Origin: Methanomethylovorans hollandica DSM 15978 | Lineage (GTDB): Archaea; Halobacteriota; Methanosarcinia; Methanosarcinales; Methanosarcinaceae | DNA: 64,000 bases | Direction: 5' to 3' | NCBI RefSeq assembly: GCF_000328665.1 | Contig: NC_019977.1 | Span: 248,001 to 312,000, forward strand | Shown: one piece after another, positions 9,189 through 20,075 of the stretch | How the letters are laid out: each line of letters begins with the position of its first letter | Position numbering within the stretch: the stretch's first letter is position 1 | Position numbers and translations under genes: made by a program | Notes under the pieces: model-generated | Seen by the model: the letters and a program-made list of their open reading frames with translations, nothing else | Databases searched by the model: none | Told to the model about the DNA's origin: nothing

Positions 9189-10496
9189 TCATACTCTTAA
9201 CTGGCATCCGATACCACACAGGATCCTTTCTACATCTGTCTGCACTTTTTTTGGCTCCTGATCTGCTAATATACTGATACGGTAGGTAACACTCTTTTTC
9301 TCATGAATGAGGTATGTGTCAATGATCTCAGACTCGACTATGTTCTCATTGCCTGATAGCACGTCCAGTATGATTTCAGGATCAGCATTCTCAGGAACTA
9401 TAACAGATATGTCCCTTCTGTGATGTATGAGATTTTTTCTCTTCCACTCATTCAGCTCCTGAGGTGAAAGCAGTTGTATGTTCTCTATTTTCAGGGATGC
9501 TATTTTTGTTCCTTCTGCAAGCAGAATCTCTGTGGGCGTGACCTTCCGGAGTTTACCAACATGTATCTTTCCCGAGTACACATGCAACAGACCGCACTCT
9601 TTTCCAACAGATGTCAAAAGGTGTTCATATTCGGATATCTTGTAATTGATCAGCTTGTCAGAACGTCTGAGGGCAGGTGACACATCTCCGAAATGCATGG
9701 CTGCATCCTTCATCTTTGTGATGAAACCTTCCAGGTCATGCTCCCTCACCATTTCCGAAGTGCTGTGACATTCCTGAAGGAAGGCATCATGAACTCGAAT
9801 CACTTCCGGGTTCTCCATCTGTATCATCGCATAGAGGTACGGGTTCTGGCCCAGTATCCTGCCAACGAAATCCAGCATTATGTCATACACAGGGCTCATA
9901 AATCTCCTTGATTCTTTCACATTGAAATCAAGCCTGTCCAGTGTTGTACCTATGGTTATGTATGCAAAATGAGTAAGGCCCTGAACTACAGAAACGAATC
10001 TGTCATGTTCCTCAGGACCGACGATCACTACGTGAGCCCCGCTTTCCTCTAGCATCTCTCTGATAACAGGGAACCATTTCTGGCACCTGTCAACTATGGG
10101 TGTCAGGATGAACCTCTGCCCGTGCAGGTTTGGTATGGTAGGTCCGAACATGGGATGAGTTCCCAGGATCTCCACATCAGCAGGAGCGTATTTCTGCATA
10201 GCACGGGTGGGTCCGGTTTTCAGGGAAGTGAGGTCCATGAGCAGGGTGCCTGCTCTCATCAGGGGTGCAACCTCTGCAATGACCTGCTCTGTGATGTCAA
10301 TAGGCACCGAAATAATTACTACGTCACTCTCGGTCACTTCCGAATGCAGATCATGAGCGAACCTAACATCCAGCCTTTCGGCTATCTCTGTATTTCCGCT
10401 CTTGCCCCAGATACTGACATCAAAACCTCTGTTTTTGAAGAAGGTGGAGAACCATTGTCCCATTTCACCGGTACCACCTACTATGAGCATTTTCAA
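9189..10496 (-). CDS. tyrA: Prephenate dehydrogenase
   Basis: IVGGTGEMG Rossmann motif, DLTSLK, HPMFGP, EHDRFVSVVQGLTHF; start TTG 10496 or ATG 10490, coupled to the aroE stop. Confidence 0.93.
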   Translation of the reverse strand: MKMLIVGGTGEMGQWFSTFFKNRGFDVSIWGKSGNTEIAERLDVRFAHDLHSEVTESDVVIISVPIDITEQVIAEVAPLMRAGTLLMDLTSLKTGPTRAMQKYAPADVEILGTHPMFGPTIPNLHGQRFILTPIVDRCQKWFPVIREMLEESGAHVVIVGPEEHDRFVSVVQGLTHFAYITIGTTLDRLDFNVKESRRFMSPVYDIMLDFVGRILGQNPYLYAMIQMENPEVIRVHDAFLQECHSTSEMVREHDLEGFITKMKDAAMHFGDVSPALRRSDKLINYKISEYEHLLTSVGKECGLLHVYSGKIHVGKLRKVTPTEILLAEGTKIASLKIENIQLLSPQELNEWKRKNLIHHRRDISVIVPENADPEIILDVLSGNENIVESEIIDTYLIHEKKSVTYRISILADQEPKKVQTDVERILCGIGCQLRV

Positions 10497-11314
10497 GTTC
10501 TCAGTGCTCCCATCACAGCTTCTTTCATCACTTCCACAGGAGGCTCCACGCCTGTCCATATTCTGAAAGCTTCTGCACCCTGGTACACCAGCATCATAAC
10601 ACCGGAAACTGTCTTTGATCCGGCCTTTTCCGCCTCCATAAGCAGTTTAGTCTTCAGTGGATTGTACACAATATCAAAGACCACGAGGCCTGCATGCATC
10701 TGCTCCGCTGTCGCGATGGTAGTTTCCACCTGCGGGTGCATTCCTAAGGTGGTGCAGTTGATCAGCACGTCAGCGCTGGCTATAAGATCGTCCAGCTGCT
10801 CAAGCCCGCATCCTTTTACGTTGCCTGCAACTGCAACATCCTCTGCTAGCCGCATAGCTCTTTCAGGCGTACGGTTGGCAATGGTCACATCTGCTCCGTC
10901 ACTTGCAAGCTGGAAACTGATTCCCCTGGCAGCTCCTCCTGCACCGACTATCAGCACCTTTGCTCCCTCAATTTTCACGCCTGCATCTACAAGAGCCCTT
11001 TCTGCTCCTATCCCATCCGTATTGTATCCCCTTATGCCGTCTTTGAGGTCCACGGTATTGACAGCTCCCATGACTGCTGCAAGGAGATCTGGTTCCACTA
11101 TCTTCAGAGCCTCTTCCTTCAGGGGCACAGTAAGATTCAATCCCCCGAATCCCATAGCATGTGCTCCTTTGATAGCATCTTTAAGTTTTTCCCTGCTGAC
11201 CCTGAAGGCGTGGTAGGTACAGTCCATTCCCTTAGCTTTGAATGCTGCATTGTGCATCACAGGGGATAGTGAATGCTCAATGGGGTCGCCGAAGACAGCA
11301 AATATTTTCTTCAT
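10493..11314 (-). CDS. aroE: Shikimate dehydrogenase
   Basis: HSLSPVMHN, NLTVPLKE, GAVNT, NTDGIG, GAGGAAR, DIVYNP. Confidence 0.96.
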   Translation of the reverse strand: MKKIFAVFGDPIEHSLSPVMHNAAFKAKGMDCTYHAFRVSREKLKDAIKGAHAMGFGGLNLTVPLKEEALKIVEPDLLAAVMGAVNTVDLKDGIRGYNTDGIGAERALVDAGVKIEGAKVLIVGAGGAARGISFQLASDGADVTIANRTPERAMRLAEDVAVAGNVKGCGLEQLDDLIASADVLINCTTLGMHPQVETTIATAEQMHAGLVVFDIVYNPLKTKLLMEAEKAGSKTVSGVMMLVYQGAEAFRIWTGVEPPVEVMKEAVMGALRT

Positions 11315-12030
11315 AACAACAATCTCATCGTTCTCTTCAGTTCTGCTATGTTCAGCTGCCCCGGTGCCACAGCCTCATCAATTGAGCCATAAGTAAGCAC
11401 TGACCCATAGAATGGTGCTATTACTCGTGTATGTTTTCCAATATCGCCCATGGATATCAGGCATACGGGCCTTGTAGCTGCATGAGTTACCCGCAGCAGG
11501 TTCATGGTGTCAGCAGTCGAATTGGCCTTCGCAGCAAACTTGGCTATATCTCCTCCGCTTTGCCATGCCATTTCCAGCATATTCCTGATCTTTTCCATAG
11601 GAGGAGTTCCATTAAAATCATGGTGCGAGACAATAGCTGTCTTGCCAAGCTCGTGTGCAGTGGATATGAGCTTTTCCCGCAGATCGGCCACCGCAGCAAG
11701 TTCCACGTCCACCGCATCCACCACAGGCAAAATATCAAGAAGAAGTTGTATTCTTTTTTCTTCAGTTCCTTCCCATTTGCCACCATCATTCGGTAATCTA
11801 TTGGTTGCAATACATGGAATGTTTACTGCAGCTTTTACTTCTGCAATCATTTTCAGTGCAGACTTAGTATCTTTTATACCAAGCAGGTCCAGCCGGATCT
11901 CCAGCATGTCTGCACCCTGCAAGAGCGCTGCTTTTGCCTGTTCCACGGGAAAGCGGCTTATCACAGCCACAACCCCCGGCCCTTCTGACAGGTCCAAGCC
12001 ACCTATCTTTACCATATGTCCTCTGATCAT
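11311..12030 (-). CDS. aroD: Type I 3-dehydroquinate dehydratase
   Basis: EIRLD, IATNR..DGG, IVSHHDFNGTP, ISMG..GKHTR, APGQL. Confidence 0.95.
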   Translation of the reverse strand: MIRGHMVKIGGLDLSEGPGVVAVISRFPVEQAKAALLQGADMLEIRLDLLGIKDTKSALKMIAEVKAAVNIPCIATNRLPNDGGKWEGTEEKRIQLLLDILPVVDAVDVELAAVADLREKLISTAHELGKTAIVSHHDFNGTPPMEKIRNMLEMAWQSGGDIAKFAAKANSTADTMNLLRVTHAATRPVCLISMGDIGKHTRVIAPFYGSVLTYGSIDEAVAPGQLNIAELKRTMRLLL

Positions 12031-13187
12031 TTCTCGATGATCGTTTCCTCTACCTTCATTCCGAAATGCCGGCCTATTTCCTCAAATTTAACCAGAACCT
12101 CGTCCCCGGCTTTCAGGTCGGTGACAGCTATGGGCTTTCCGCCTTTACTCACCAGTTTGATGGTCTCTGCGTTCTGCACGATGGTCTTGACAGTCTTTCC
12201 GTTAAGGTCGGCCTCTATGAGCATAAGGGGCCTTCTCTCTATTTTTACTCTGCCCACGATACCTTTTCTTTGCTCTCCGGCCGCATTAACTATAGCTACT
12301 TCATCACCTGCTTCCAGTTCACACAGGTATTTCGTCTTCTCTCCCACCAGTACATAAGCATGTACCGCTCCGGCATTTACTCTAAATGGCCGTGATGCAA
12401 CATATGGGCTGTCATCAGCTTCCGAATTCACAAGAAAAAGTCCGCAGGATTGTGAGCCTACAAGCATACCTTCCCCGCTTGTCATAAGGTTGCAAGTGTC
12501 CACACATACGCGGTCACCCATGCCCACCTGTTCCACTTTTGTGATTGTAGCAGCTCCAAGTTCAAGGGACTCAACACCAGCCCTTTCTGCCATTCCCACA
12601 GTTTTCTTTATTTCACTTGGGTCGTCAGTATCCAATAACACTCCATCGGATCCATGTTCCATGGTCTCAAGGGAAAGCTTCGCTTCTTCGGAGGTCCTGA
12701 CCCCGGAAATGATCTGTACATCTTTGTCATGCAGTCCTGCAATGAGGTTTTCCAGAGGAATAACCTTCCAGTCAGTGCCTACGGTGATGATATAGTCGCA
12801 GGCTCCAGCCATTTCTGCTGCGAACTCTTCATATTGTTTATTGCGGATGACTACGTACCCGGCTACCTTCAGGCCTTTGCCTTTCAGGCGGGTGGCCGTT
12901 ATTATATCAAAAGAGCCACTGAAATCAGGTGGTAGTGGTTTTGCTCCGTCCCCTTCGCTTCCTTTTCCTACTACAATGATGTCTGCAGCAGATTTTTCAT
13001 CATGGGCAAAAGCTGCAACCTTTATATCTCCCAGTTCTCTTACCTTCTCAACATCATTGGCATCTACCAGTACGTAATCTACACCCGATTCCAGTCCAGT
13101 GGTAATTCTTCCTTTCCTGTCATCCCACCTGCCTTCATCGGCTTTTATCCATACGCTTTTCCTGTTCATGTTCTCACGTTGTTTCAC
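12027..13187 (-). CDS. aroB': 3-dehydroquinate synthase II (archaeal)
   Basis: [49 protein letters not shown]. Confidence 0.94.
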   Translation of the reverse strand: MKQRENMNRKSVWIKADEGRWDDRKGRITTGLESGVDYVLVDANDVEKVRELGDIKVAAFAHDEKSAADIIVVGKGSEGDGAKPLPPDFSGSFDIITATRLKGKGLKVAGYVVIRNKQYEEFAAEMAGACDYIITVGTDWKVIPLENLIAGLHDKDVQIISGVRTSEEAKLSLETMEHGSDGVLLDTDDPSEIKKTVGMAERAGVESLELGAATITKVEQVGMGDRVCVDTCNLMTSGEGMLVGSQSCGLFLVNSEADDSPYVASRPFRVNAGAVHAYVLVGEKTKYLCELEAGDEVAIVNAAGEQRKGIVGRVKIERRPLMLIEADLNGKTVKTIVQNAETIKLVSKGGKPIAVTDLKAGDEVLVKFEEIGRHFGMKVEETIIEK

Positions 13188-13981
13188 TTAAGTATCTCAA
13201 GAGCTTCTTCTACAGTACGGTGCTTATGCACTATCTCTGTTATTGCTCTTGTAATTTTTGTGGGTTCCTTGTGCTGGAAAACATTCCTGCCAATGGCAAC
13301 TCCTCTGCTGCCTGCATCAATGGCACCTCTTATCATTTCCAGGAACTCTTCGTCAGTCTCTGTCTTCGGCCCTCCTGCAATTACAACTGGGACCGGGCAT
13401 CCTTCTACAACATCCTTAAATGAATCTATATCTCCGGTATACACTGTCTTGACAACATCTGCTCCAAGTTCTGCCCCCACTCTTGCAGCATGGGCAACCA
13501 TCACAGGATCATGTGGGTTTGTCACCTTTTTGCCCCGTGGATACATCATGGCAAGTAATGGTATGCCCCAGTTATTGCAGTCTTCGGCTACCTTCCCAAA
13601 TTTCTGTAGCTGGTCAGCCTCAGTTTCAGAACCCACGTTCACATGTATGGATACAGCATCAGCTCCCATCTTCATTACCTCTTCCACACTGCAGACCTGT
13701 ACTTTGTTGTTAGGGTCCGGTCCGAGGGATGTGGATGCGCTTATATGGACTATTAAGCCGACATCATGGCCATATCCGCGGTGTCCGTGCTTTATCATAC
13801 CTTTTTGCATGAGTACCGCATTTGCTCCCCCATCTGCTACTTTATTGATGGAATCTGCAATATTTATAACGCCTTTAATGGGGCCATCGGATATGCCGTG
13901 ATCCATTGGTATGATTACCATATTCCTGCTGTTCCTGTCCATTATCCTTTCGATACGTATACTTTTTCCTATTTCTGACAT
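13184..13981 (-). CDS. aroA': 2-amino-3,7-dideoxy-D-threo-hept-6-ulosonate synthase
   Basis: Class I aldolase motifs; first gene of the aroA'-aroB'-aroD-aroE-tyrA operon; GGAG before ATG 13981. Confidence 0.92.
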   Translation of the reverse strand: MSEIGKSIRIERIMDRNSRNMVIIPMDHGISDGPIKGVINIADSINKVADGGANAVLMQKGMIKHGHRGYGHDVGLIVHISASTSLGPDPNNKVQVCSVEEVMKMGADAVSIHVNVGSETEADQLQKFGKVAEDCNNWGIPLLAMMYPRGKKVTNPHDPVMVAHAARVGAELGADVVKTVYTGDIDSFKDVVEGCPVPVVIAGGPKTETDEEFLEMIRGAIDAGSRGVAIGRNVFQHKEPTKITRAITEIVHKHRTVEEALEILK

Positions 13982-14013
13982 CTTTATGATCTCCATGTTA
14001 ATACCGTGCTAGT

Positions 14014-14030
14014 ATGTTACATAGTAACAT
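14014..14030. promoter_or_regulatory. Candidate operator of the aro operon
   Basis: Perfect ATGTTAC-ATA-GTAACAT between the minus-strand TTTATATA box (~14039-14046) and the operon start. Confidence 0.5.
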
Positions 14031-14102
14031 GGTTAAGGTATATAAAGTTATTTAAGAGCGTCAGTAGATTTCAAGTCCTTGCATGTCAGAAAAGGGTTAC
14101 TG

Positions 14103-15479
14103 TCAAATTTTGTCCTCTAAAGTAATGTCCTCTATCACAACACCATCTGAGGTTATTTCATATATCGCAGGACTTTTCACATGGTCGCTGCTTCTCATCT
14201 TGATTATGGATATGGACTTTCGCAAACCGGAAGATGTAAGGCGCTGTTGCAAGATCATGACGCTATCTGCAACTGTTACTATTGGTATATCGCACGTATT
14301 CGAGCATTCTTTACCTTCCGGGTTAAGGCAGGTAAGAAGTGATGTAATACCCAGGTTCCTAAACATTCTTGTGAGAGCAGCTATATGCTCTTTTCTTACT
14401 ATCGGGTCCATAAGAGCATAATCAAAACCATTCACCGCATCCAGGAATATTCTCTGTGCCCCGGTTTGTATGATAGTTTTCTTTAATTGCATCATATGTT
14501 TGTTAGGGTCAAGCGAGGAAGGTAATGTGTGGATTATCTTTACTTTACCTTTTTCTTCCATTCCCTTCAGGTCCCATCCAAAATTAGAAGCATGTAGGTA
14601 TAGTTCTTCTGGAGTTTCTTCAAAATTAATGATGAGCCCCGTTTCTCCTTTTTTTGCCCCTTCTATTACAAATTGGAGTCCAATTACGGTTTTACCGGTA
14701 CCTGTAGATCCTGCAATAAGATTGGAGGAACCTTTGAATAAGCCGCCCCCCAGCATTCCATCAAGCTTGGATATGCCTGTAGAAATACGTTCTTTAGAAG
14801 CAGGTATAGAATGGTCGGCTTGCGCAATATCTTTAGGATAAACGGATATGCCATCAGTTCCGATCTCAAATGTATGCTCTCCTTGTATCGAAGACATACC
14901 ACTTACTTTCATTAATTCGATATATCGCCTGGTAATATGTGTGTCAAAATTTTGCGAGAGGTATATTATATTATCCACTATGTCACTGATCACATTGCTC
15001 TTTACAGCTCCTGATTCCAGAGTTCCTGTAAAGTATACCACTGCATCCCATTCGTTGAGAGCAGCGTTAAGAGAATATATAAATCTTCGCCTTTCAGCTT
15101 CCGGGAATCCGAATCCAATAGGTGTGACAGGATCTATTAGTATCCTGTCAGGTTTAAGTGAACTTACGATATTCCCCAGTTCGACAAGCATGGTGAGCGG
15201 GTCTCTTTCCACACTGCTGACATTAAATGTGCGAATGATAATACTCTCTTCGAAGAAACTGAACCTTGAAAGTATCTGTCGTATCAAAGATTCGGGTTTA
15301 GGAGAAATTGCTACGTACAGCACCTTCTCTCCTTTTTTTGCTGCAGCGCATAGGCTCTGCATTCCAAGGGTCGTTCTTCCTGTACCAGGTGTTCCTGCAA
15401 TGAATGTGGTCGAGGGACTAAGGACCCCTCCACCAAGGACCTCGTCCAATCCCTCTATTCCGGTAGACACGATTTCCAA
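14103..15479 (-). CDS. KaiC-like double-domain RecA-superfamily ATPase
   Basis: Two ATPase domains: STGIEGLDEVLGGG..GTPGTGRT and STGISKLDGMLGGG..GSTGTGKT..NFEE, IIKMRSS. Confidence 0.88.
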   Translation of the reverse strand: MEIVSTGIEGLDEVLGGGVLSPSTTFIAGTPGTGRTTLGMQSLCAAAKKGEKVLYVAISPKPESLIRQILSRFSFFEESIIIRTFNVSSVERDPLTMLVELGNIVSSLKPDRILIDPVTPIGFGFPEAERRRFIYSLNAALNEWDAVVYFTGTLESGAVKSNVISDIVDNIIYLSQNFDTHITRRYIELMKVSGMSSIQGEHTFEIGTDGISVYPKDIAQADHSIPASKERISTGISKLDGMLGGGLFKGSSNLIAGSTGTGKTVIGLQFVIEGAKKGETGLIINFEETPEELYLHASNFGWDLKGMEEKGKVKIIHTLPSSLDPNKHMMQLKKTIIQTGAQRIFLDAVNGFDYALMDPIVRKEHIAALTRMFRNLGITSLLTCLNPEGKECSNTCDIPIVTVADSVMILQQRLTSSGLRKSISIIKMRSSDHVKSPAIYEITSDGVVIEDITLEDKI

Positions 15480-15668
15480 AACAACATCCTCGTGAGATTT
15501 AAATTTATTTACAATATATTATTTATTTCCTATAAGTATTTATTTATACGCATTTAGGCATAGTAAGCTTCACTTTTTTGTGGTGTTCTAAAAGAGCATA
15601 TTAAAAAGAGCATATGTATTTATATTGATTCGCCATACTTGCGATAAATACCCGGGTGGGTCTCTATC

Positions 15669-16238
15669 ATGAAAACAATGAATATTCTTGTTATCAATAA
15701 CTATGGTCAATTTTGTCATCTCATTCACCGTACTATCCGGGACCTGGATATGGATACGACCATAATCTCCAATACTTCTTCCGTAGAAGACATCCTTTCA
15801 AAAGGACCGGACGGACTGGTACTCAGTGGCGGTCCGACTTTGGAAAGGGCAGGCAATTGTGCGCAGTACATAAGGGAGATCGATCTTCCTATTCTTGGAA
15901 TATGTCTTGGGCATCAGGTAATGGCCAAAACATTTAGAGGAGAGATCGGCCCGGGTAAATATGGGGGATATGCCGAGGTTGAAGTAGAGGTCCTTGAAGA
16001 AGATAATATCCTTCAAGGAATGGCTCCCACGACATCTGTATGGGCATCACACGCGGATGAAGTAAAATCTTTACCTGAAGGTTTTATTCAGCTGGCAAGG
16101 TCCGGAATTTGTGAAATAGAAGCTATGAAACATGAACAAAGGCCACTTTATGGGGTTCAGTGGCACCCTGAAGTTGCCCACACAGAAAAAGGCAAGGACC
16201 TTTTCTTAAATTTTTTTCAGGTATGTGAGGATTATTAA
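15669..16238 (+). CDS. guaAA: GMP synthase subunit A (glutaminase)
   Basis: [32 protein letters not shown]. Confidence 0.93.
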   Translation: MKTMNILVINNYGQFCHLIHRTIRDLDMDTTIISNTSSVEDILSKGPDGLVLSGGPTLERAGNCAQYIREIDLPILGICLGHQVMAKTFRGEIGPGKYGGYAEVEVEVLEEDNILQGMAPTTSVWASHADEVKSLPEGFIQLARSGICEIEAMKHEQRPLYGVQWHPEVAHTEKGKDLFLNFFQVCEDY

Positions 16239-16253
16239 CCCATAACTTTGGTT

Positions 16254-17573
16254 TTACATGCCGAATTTCTTCATCATTTTCTGCATGTTGAATTTCCCGC
16301 CACGCAAACCTTTCATGGTATTCTGCATCGTCTTGTAGTACTTCAACAATTCCCTTACATCATCAGGGCCGCATCCTGATCCCATGGAGATTCGCTTAAT
16401 TCTGGCACTTCCTATAAGGCGTGGATTAAGCATTTCTTCCTCAGTCATGGAGTCCATGACCACACGGTACTTTGTAAGTTTCTCTCCTGTTACCTGGTAT
16501 GCTTCCTCAGGTACCTTTACACCCATACCTCCCAGAGGCAGCATCTGCATGATCTGTTTCATTGGGCCCATTTTGTTGAGGGTTTCCAGTTGCTTGTACA
16601 TGTCTTTGAGAGTGAAGCGCCCTCTCATCATGGCTTCCATGTCAAGTTCCTCTTCCTTTAGATTTTCCTGGGCTTTCTCTATGAGTCCCTGTATGTCTCC
16701 CATTCCAAGCAATTTGGATATGAACCTGTCAGATTCGAACTTTTCCAGGTCTTCGGGTGTTTCTCCAACACCGATGAACGCTATGGATGAGTTAGTTTCA
16801 GATACTGCAGATATGGCTCCGCCACCCTTTGCAGTACCATCCAGCTTAGAGATGACAACTCCTGAGATACCTATAGAATCGTTGAATGCTCTTGCCTGTT
16901 CGCTTGCCTGCTGGCCGATAGCGCCATCAAGTACAAGCAGTTTGTAGTCCGGATGTGCAATGGCATGGATCTGTTCCATTTCCTCGATGAGGTCTTTTTC
17001 AAGAGAGTGACGTCCGGCAGTGTCTATTATGATAACATCATATTTTTCTACTTCCTTAAGGCCTCTTTCTACGATCCCCACTGCATCAGGATTGCCTTCT
17101 TCTCCGTAAAACGTGACATTGAGCTTGCCACACAGCGTCTTCAACTGCTGGTATGCACCGGGCCTGAACGTATCTGCACATATCACTGCAGGTCTTAGAC
17201 CCTTACGTTGGAAATACCTTGCAAGTTTTGATGTGGTGGTTGTCTTACCACTACCCTGAAGACCTATCATCATGATCTTCTGGGGTTTCAGAGGAATGTC
17301 GGTACCCTTGCCGATGATATTAATAAGTTCCTGATAGACGATCCTTATAACATGCTCCCGGGGGTTCATTCCCGAGGGCACATCTTCCTTCATAGCACGT
17401 TCCTTGATGTGGTTAGACATCGTCATGACAAGCTTAACATTAACGTCAGCCTGTAGCATTGCTCTCTGGATGTCCTTTACAACTTCATTGACCGTGTGTT
17501 CGTCTATCCTGCCGGACTTGACGAGTTTCTTAAGTGCATCCTGTAAGGAGCCTCCGAGTTTTTCCATTACCAT
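16254..17573 (-). CDS. srp54: Signal recognition particle protein SRP54
   Basis: [33 protein letters not shown], Met-rich M domain. Confidence 0.97.
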   Translation of the reverse strand: MVMEKLGGSLQDALKKLVKSGRIDEHTVNEVVKDIQRAMLQADVNVKLVMTMSNHIKERAMKEDVPSGMNPREHVIRIVYQELINIIGKGTDIPLKPQKIMMIGLQGSGKTTTTSKLARYFQRKGLRPAVICADTFRPGAYQQLKTLCGKLNVTFYGEEGNPDAVGIVERGLKEVEKYDVIIIDTAGRHSLEKDLIEEMEQIHAIAHPDYKLLVLDGAIGQQASEQARAFNDSIGISGVVISKLDGTAKGGGAISAVSETNSSIAFIGVGETPEDLEKFESDRFISKLLGMGDIQGLIEKAQENLKEEELDMEAMMRGRFTLKDMYKQLETLNKMGPMKQIMQMLPLGGMGVKVPEEAYQVTGEKLTKYRVVMDSMTEEEMLNPRLIGSARIKRISMGSGCGPDDVRELLKYYKTMQNTMKGLRGGKFNMQKMMKKFGM

Positions 17574-17902
17574 TTAAGGATCGCCCTGTTTCAGTTCTTT
17601 TTCATTATTAAAGGGTTGCCTTTATTTAATTATATTGCAGGAAATCTGTACTTACGTCAGCACAGTTTTCTTTCTCAAGGCACATACCGGGAGTGGTAAG
17701 TATATTGCCTTCTACCTTCTGACTATTTGATAGACCACAAATACGGGGGTTAAAAATGTGGGCCGTTCTATAGCATCAGACATGCCATTGTTCCATGTTT
17801 CTTTTGCTAGAATTTTGATGCCAAAAAGCTAGTGCAAGAGTATGGGAAATCCATAAAAAAAAGAAAATACCGTTTTTCATCCATCTGGAGAATAATGCCT
17901 TT

Positions 17903-18367
17903 TCACTTAACTATCATTACCCGTGTCTTTGCATGCCTTGCAACATCCACAGCCACGCTTCCTACCAATACCCTGTCGATGCCAGATCTTCCCAGAGTAC
18001 CCATTACTATCAGGTCAATATCGTTCTTCTCTGCAAAGTTGATTATCGCAGAACCCGGATGTCCTTTGACCATCACGGCCTCAACTTCCACTCCTGCCTT
18101 TTTTCCCATCTCCACTACTACATCAAGTGCTTTTTTCCCATCAGTTTCCAGATTTATTTCAAAATCTTTCTCTACAGGAGACACTCCTTTAGAAGGCTCT
18201 ATAGGCACACCAAAATATGACAGGTGAGGTATATCCGGCAAGGCGTTTAGTGCATATATTTTCGCTCCTGCAATCCTCGCGATCTCTATGGCAGATAATG
18301 CTGCATTCTTAGCATTTTCTGAGCCATCAGTTGCAATAACTATCTTTTTGTACATTTCACTCTGCAT
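17903..18367 (-). CDS. Universal stress protein
   Basis: YKKIVIATDGS, GHPGSAII, DLIVMGTLGRSGIDRVLVGSVA. Confidence 0.93.
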   Translation of the reverse strand: MQSEMYKKIVIATDGSENAKNAALSAIEIARIAGAKIYALNALPDIPHLSYFGVPIEPSKGVSPVEKDFEINLETDGKKALDVVVEMGKKAGVEVEAVMVKGHPGSAIINFAEKNDIDLIVMGTLGRSGIDRVLVGSVAVDVARHAKTRVMIVK

Positions 18368-18573
18368 AATATTAATTCCCCTTTTTATCTATTATAAAAA
18401 GAGTAAGCTCCTAATGTCATAAAGCTTTTGGATAAGTTTAATAAAGGTTCTATGGAACTCATTTTCCTTCTTACAAATATTTGCGGAGTAATTATCAATA
18501 AGGATAGTTAGTGCTCGAAATTAAATCAGAATAAAAAAACACAGTTTAACAAATACAGTTAATACAAAATTAG

Positions 18574-18648
18574 TAGCGGGGAATGGATTCGAACCATTGG
18601 TCTACGGGTTATGAGCCCGTCGGGATCTCCTGGCTACCCTACCCCGCT
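18574..18648 (-). tRNA. Initiator tRNA-Met (CAT)
   Basis: AGCGGGGTAGGGTAGCCAGGAGATCCCGACGGGCT-CAT-AACCCGTAGACCAATGGTTCGAATCCATTCCCCGCTA; A1-U72 pair and three G-C pairs in the anticodon stem. Confidence 0.95.
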
Positions 18649-18838
18649 TCATGTTTTATTTGTTTTAATTACTGATGTACTCCCCTTCAACGGTATCATT
18701 CTAGATAAATGTTACGATAGACTGGAAAGTGACTATGCAAAAATGAATATTTGTAATTCATGTATGATAATGTGGGCATTGTTATAATTGTAGGAAGGGT
18801 TTTAATATATCCCTGCGCTAATTAAAAAACGGTGAAAT

Positions 18839-19264
18839 ATGTCACATAAGTGCACCAGATGTGGAGGTATATTCGTTGATGGGGCAGCAGTAATCCTTAG
18901 TGGCTGTCCTTCATGTGGATGGAATAAGTTCCTCTACGTCAAAGGTCCTGAAGAAGAGCATCAAGTCTCTGAAAAAGCCGCTCATGAGGTCCTTGACGAA
19001 ACCCACGGTCAAGAGACTCCGGCAGAGAAGCTGATAAAAGAGATAGACGAGATCATCGGTATAGAAAAAGAGGAACGTAGTGTTACAGAGGAGGATGGTG
19101 ACAGGGTGGAGTCTGTTCGTATACTTGGTCCCGGATCGTACGAACTTAATCTGGCTTCCCTGTTGCATCGTAAGGAAATAATCATGGCTATAAAAGAAGA
19201 CGGCACATATGCCCTTCACCTGCCTTCTGTTTTCAAGGCAGAGAGAAAAGAAAAGAAGAGGTGA
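18839..19264 (+). CDS. Zn-ribbon protein, OapC/ArvC (DUF2072) family
   Basis: HKCTRCG..ILSGCPSCGWNKFLY; ESVRILGPGSYELNL..EDGTYAL. Confidence 0.82.
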   Translation: MSHKCTRCGGIFVDGAAVILSGCPSCGWNKFLYVKGPEEEHQVSEKAAHEVLDETHGQETPAEKLIKEIDEIIGIEKEERSVTEEDGDRVESVRILGPGSYELNLASLLHRKEIIMAIKEDGTYALHLPSVFKAERKEKKR

Positions 19265-19285
19265 CCATTTCCGGGGAGGCGTGCA

Positions 19286-20047
19286 ATGCGCAGCGTTTAC
19301 AACCGGTTCTGGGAAATAGATGCACTAAGGGGGGTCGCCATCCTCCTCATGGTGTTATTCCATTTCCTTTATGACCTTATGTTCTTTAATATATTACAAA
19401 TAGACCTGTTGTCAGGGCCAGTGTTCTATATCGGCAGAAGTGCAGCTATTCTTTTTGTCTTTCTTGTAGGTGTTTCTCTTACCTTGAGCTATTCCAGGGG
19501 GAAAGTGTCAGGTTCGCAAATCAGTTTCAAAAAATACCTTAAGAGGGGTTTTCACATCTTTCTCTGGGGTATGGTGTTCACCCTGGGCAGCTGGCTCTTT
19601 TTCCCGGATAAAGTGATAGTTTTCGGTATTTTGCATTTCATTGGCTTAGCGATCATATTGTCATACCCTTTACTTGGATACCGGCTTCCTAACCTTATAG
19701 GAGGTTTCATGGTTCTTTTTCTGGGCAGGTCAGTGGAGGACTTTGCAGTTAATTTTCCATGGTTGTTATGGCTTGGTCTGACTCCTGTAGGTTTTCAGAC
19801 CCTCGACTATTTTCCGCTGTTGCCCTGGTTCGGTGTCACTATGTTTGGGATATTCACAGGCAATACTCTGTATTCTGGTTATCGCCGTAAATATGAACTT
19901 TTTGATCTCTCTCTCAATCCACTGATATCTGCTCTTGAGTTCATGGGGAGAAAATCACTGTCAATATATCTCATACATCAGCCATTGCTTGTGTTTGTTC
20001 TGTACTTTTTTGGAGTTATTGATGTAAACTCCATAGGGATCCAGTAG
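19286..20047 (+). CDS. DUF1624 / heparan-alpha-glucosaminide N-acetyltransferase-like membrane protein
   Basis: RFWEIDALRGVAILLMVLFHF, FGILHFIG, DYFPLLPW, GRKSLSIYLIHQP. Confidence 0.85.
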   Translation: MRSVYNRFWEIDALRGVAILLMVLFHFLYDLMFFNILQIDLLSGPVFYIGRSAAILFVFLVGVSLTLSYSRGKVSGSQISFKKYLKRGFHIFLWGMVFTLGSWLFFPDKVIVFGILHFIGLAIILSYPLLGYRLPNLIGGFMVLFLGRSVEDFAVNFPWLLWLGLTPVGFQTLDYFPLLPWFGVTMFGIFTGNTLYSGYRRKYELFDLSLNPLISALEFMGRKSLSIYLIHQPLLVFVLYFFGVIDVNSIGIQ

Positions 20048-20075
20048 CTTTATAACTGCGCTATGAAAAAGCTTC

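Noticed and set aside
10497..10559. N-terminal extension of tyrA in the ORF track
   Set aside because: Overlaps the aroE 3' end; the Rossmann motif and TTGA coupling indicate a start at 10496 or 10490
10122..11216. 364-aa plus-strand ORF, and similar long ORFs at 13002-13901, 56506-57393 and 57890-58870
   Set aside because: Antisense shadows of well-supported genes (aroE/tyrA, aroA', kinase, hsdM) with no recognisable motifs
15590..15615. AAAAGAGCATAT direct repeat between the KaiC-like gene and guaAA
   Set aside because: Two copies in AT-rich DNA; insufficient support for function
17626..17796. Minus-strand frame MEQWHV*CYRTAHIFNPRICG… faintly like a rubredoxin, with in-frame TGA
   Set aside because: CxxC motifs absent and similarity too weak; selenocysteine is not expected in this lineage and no SECIS is evident
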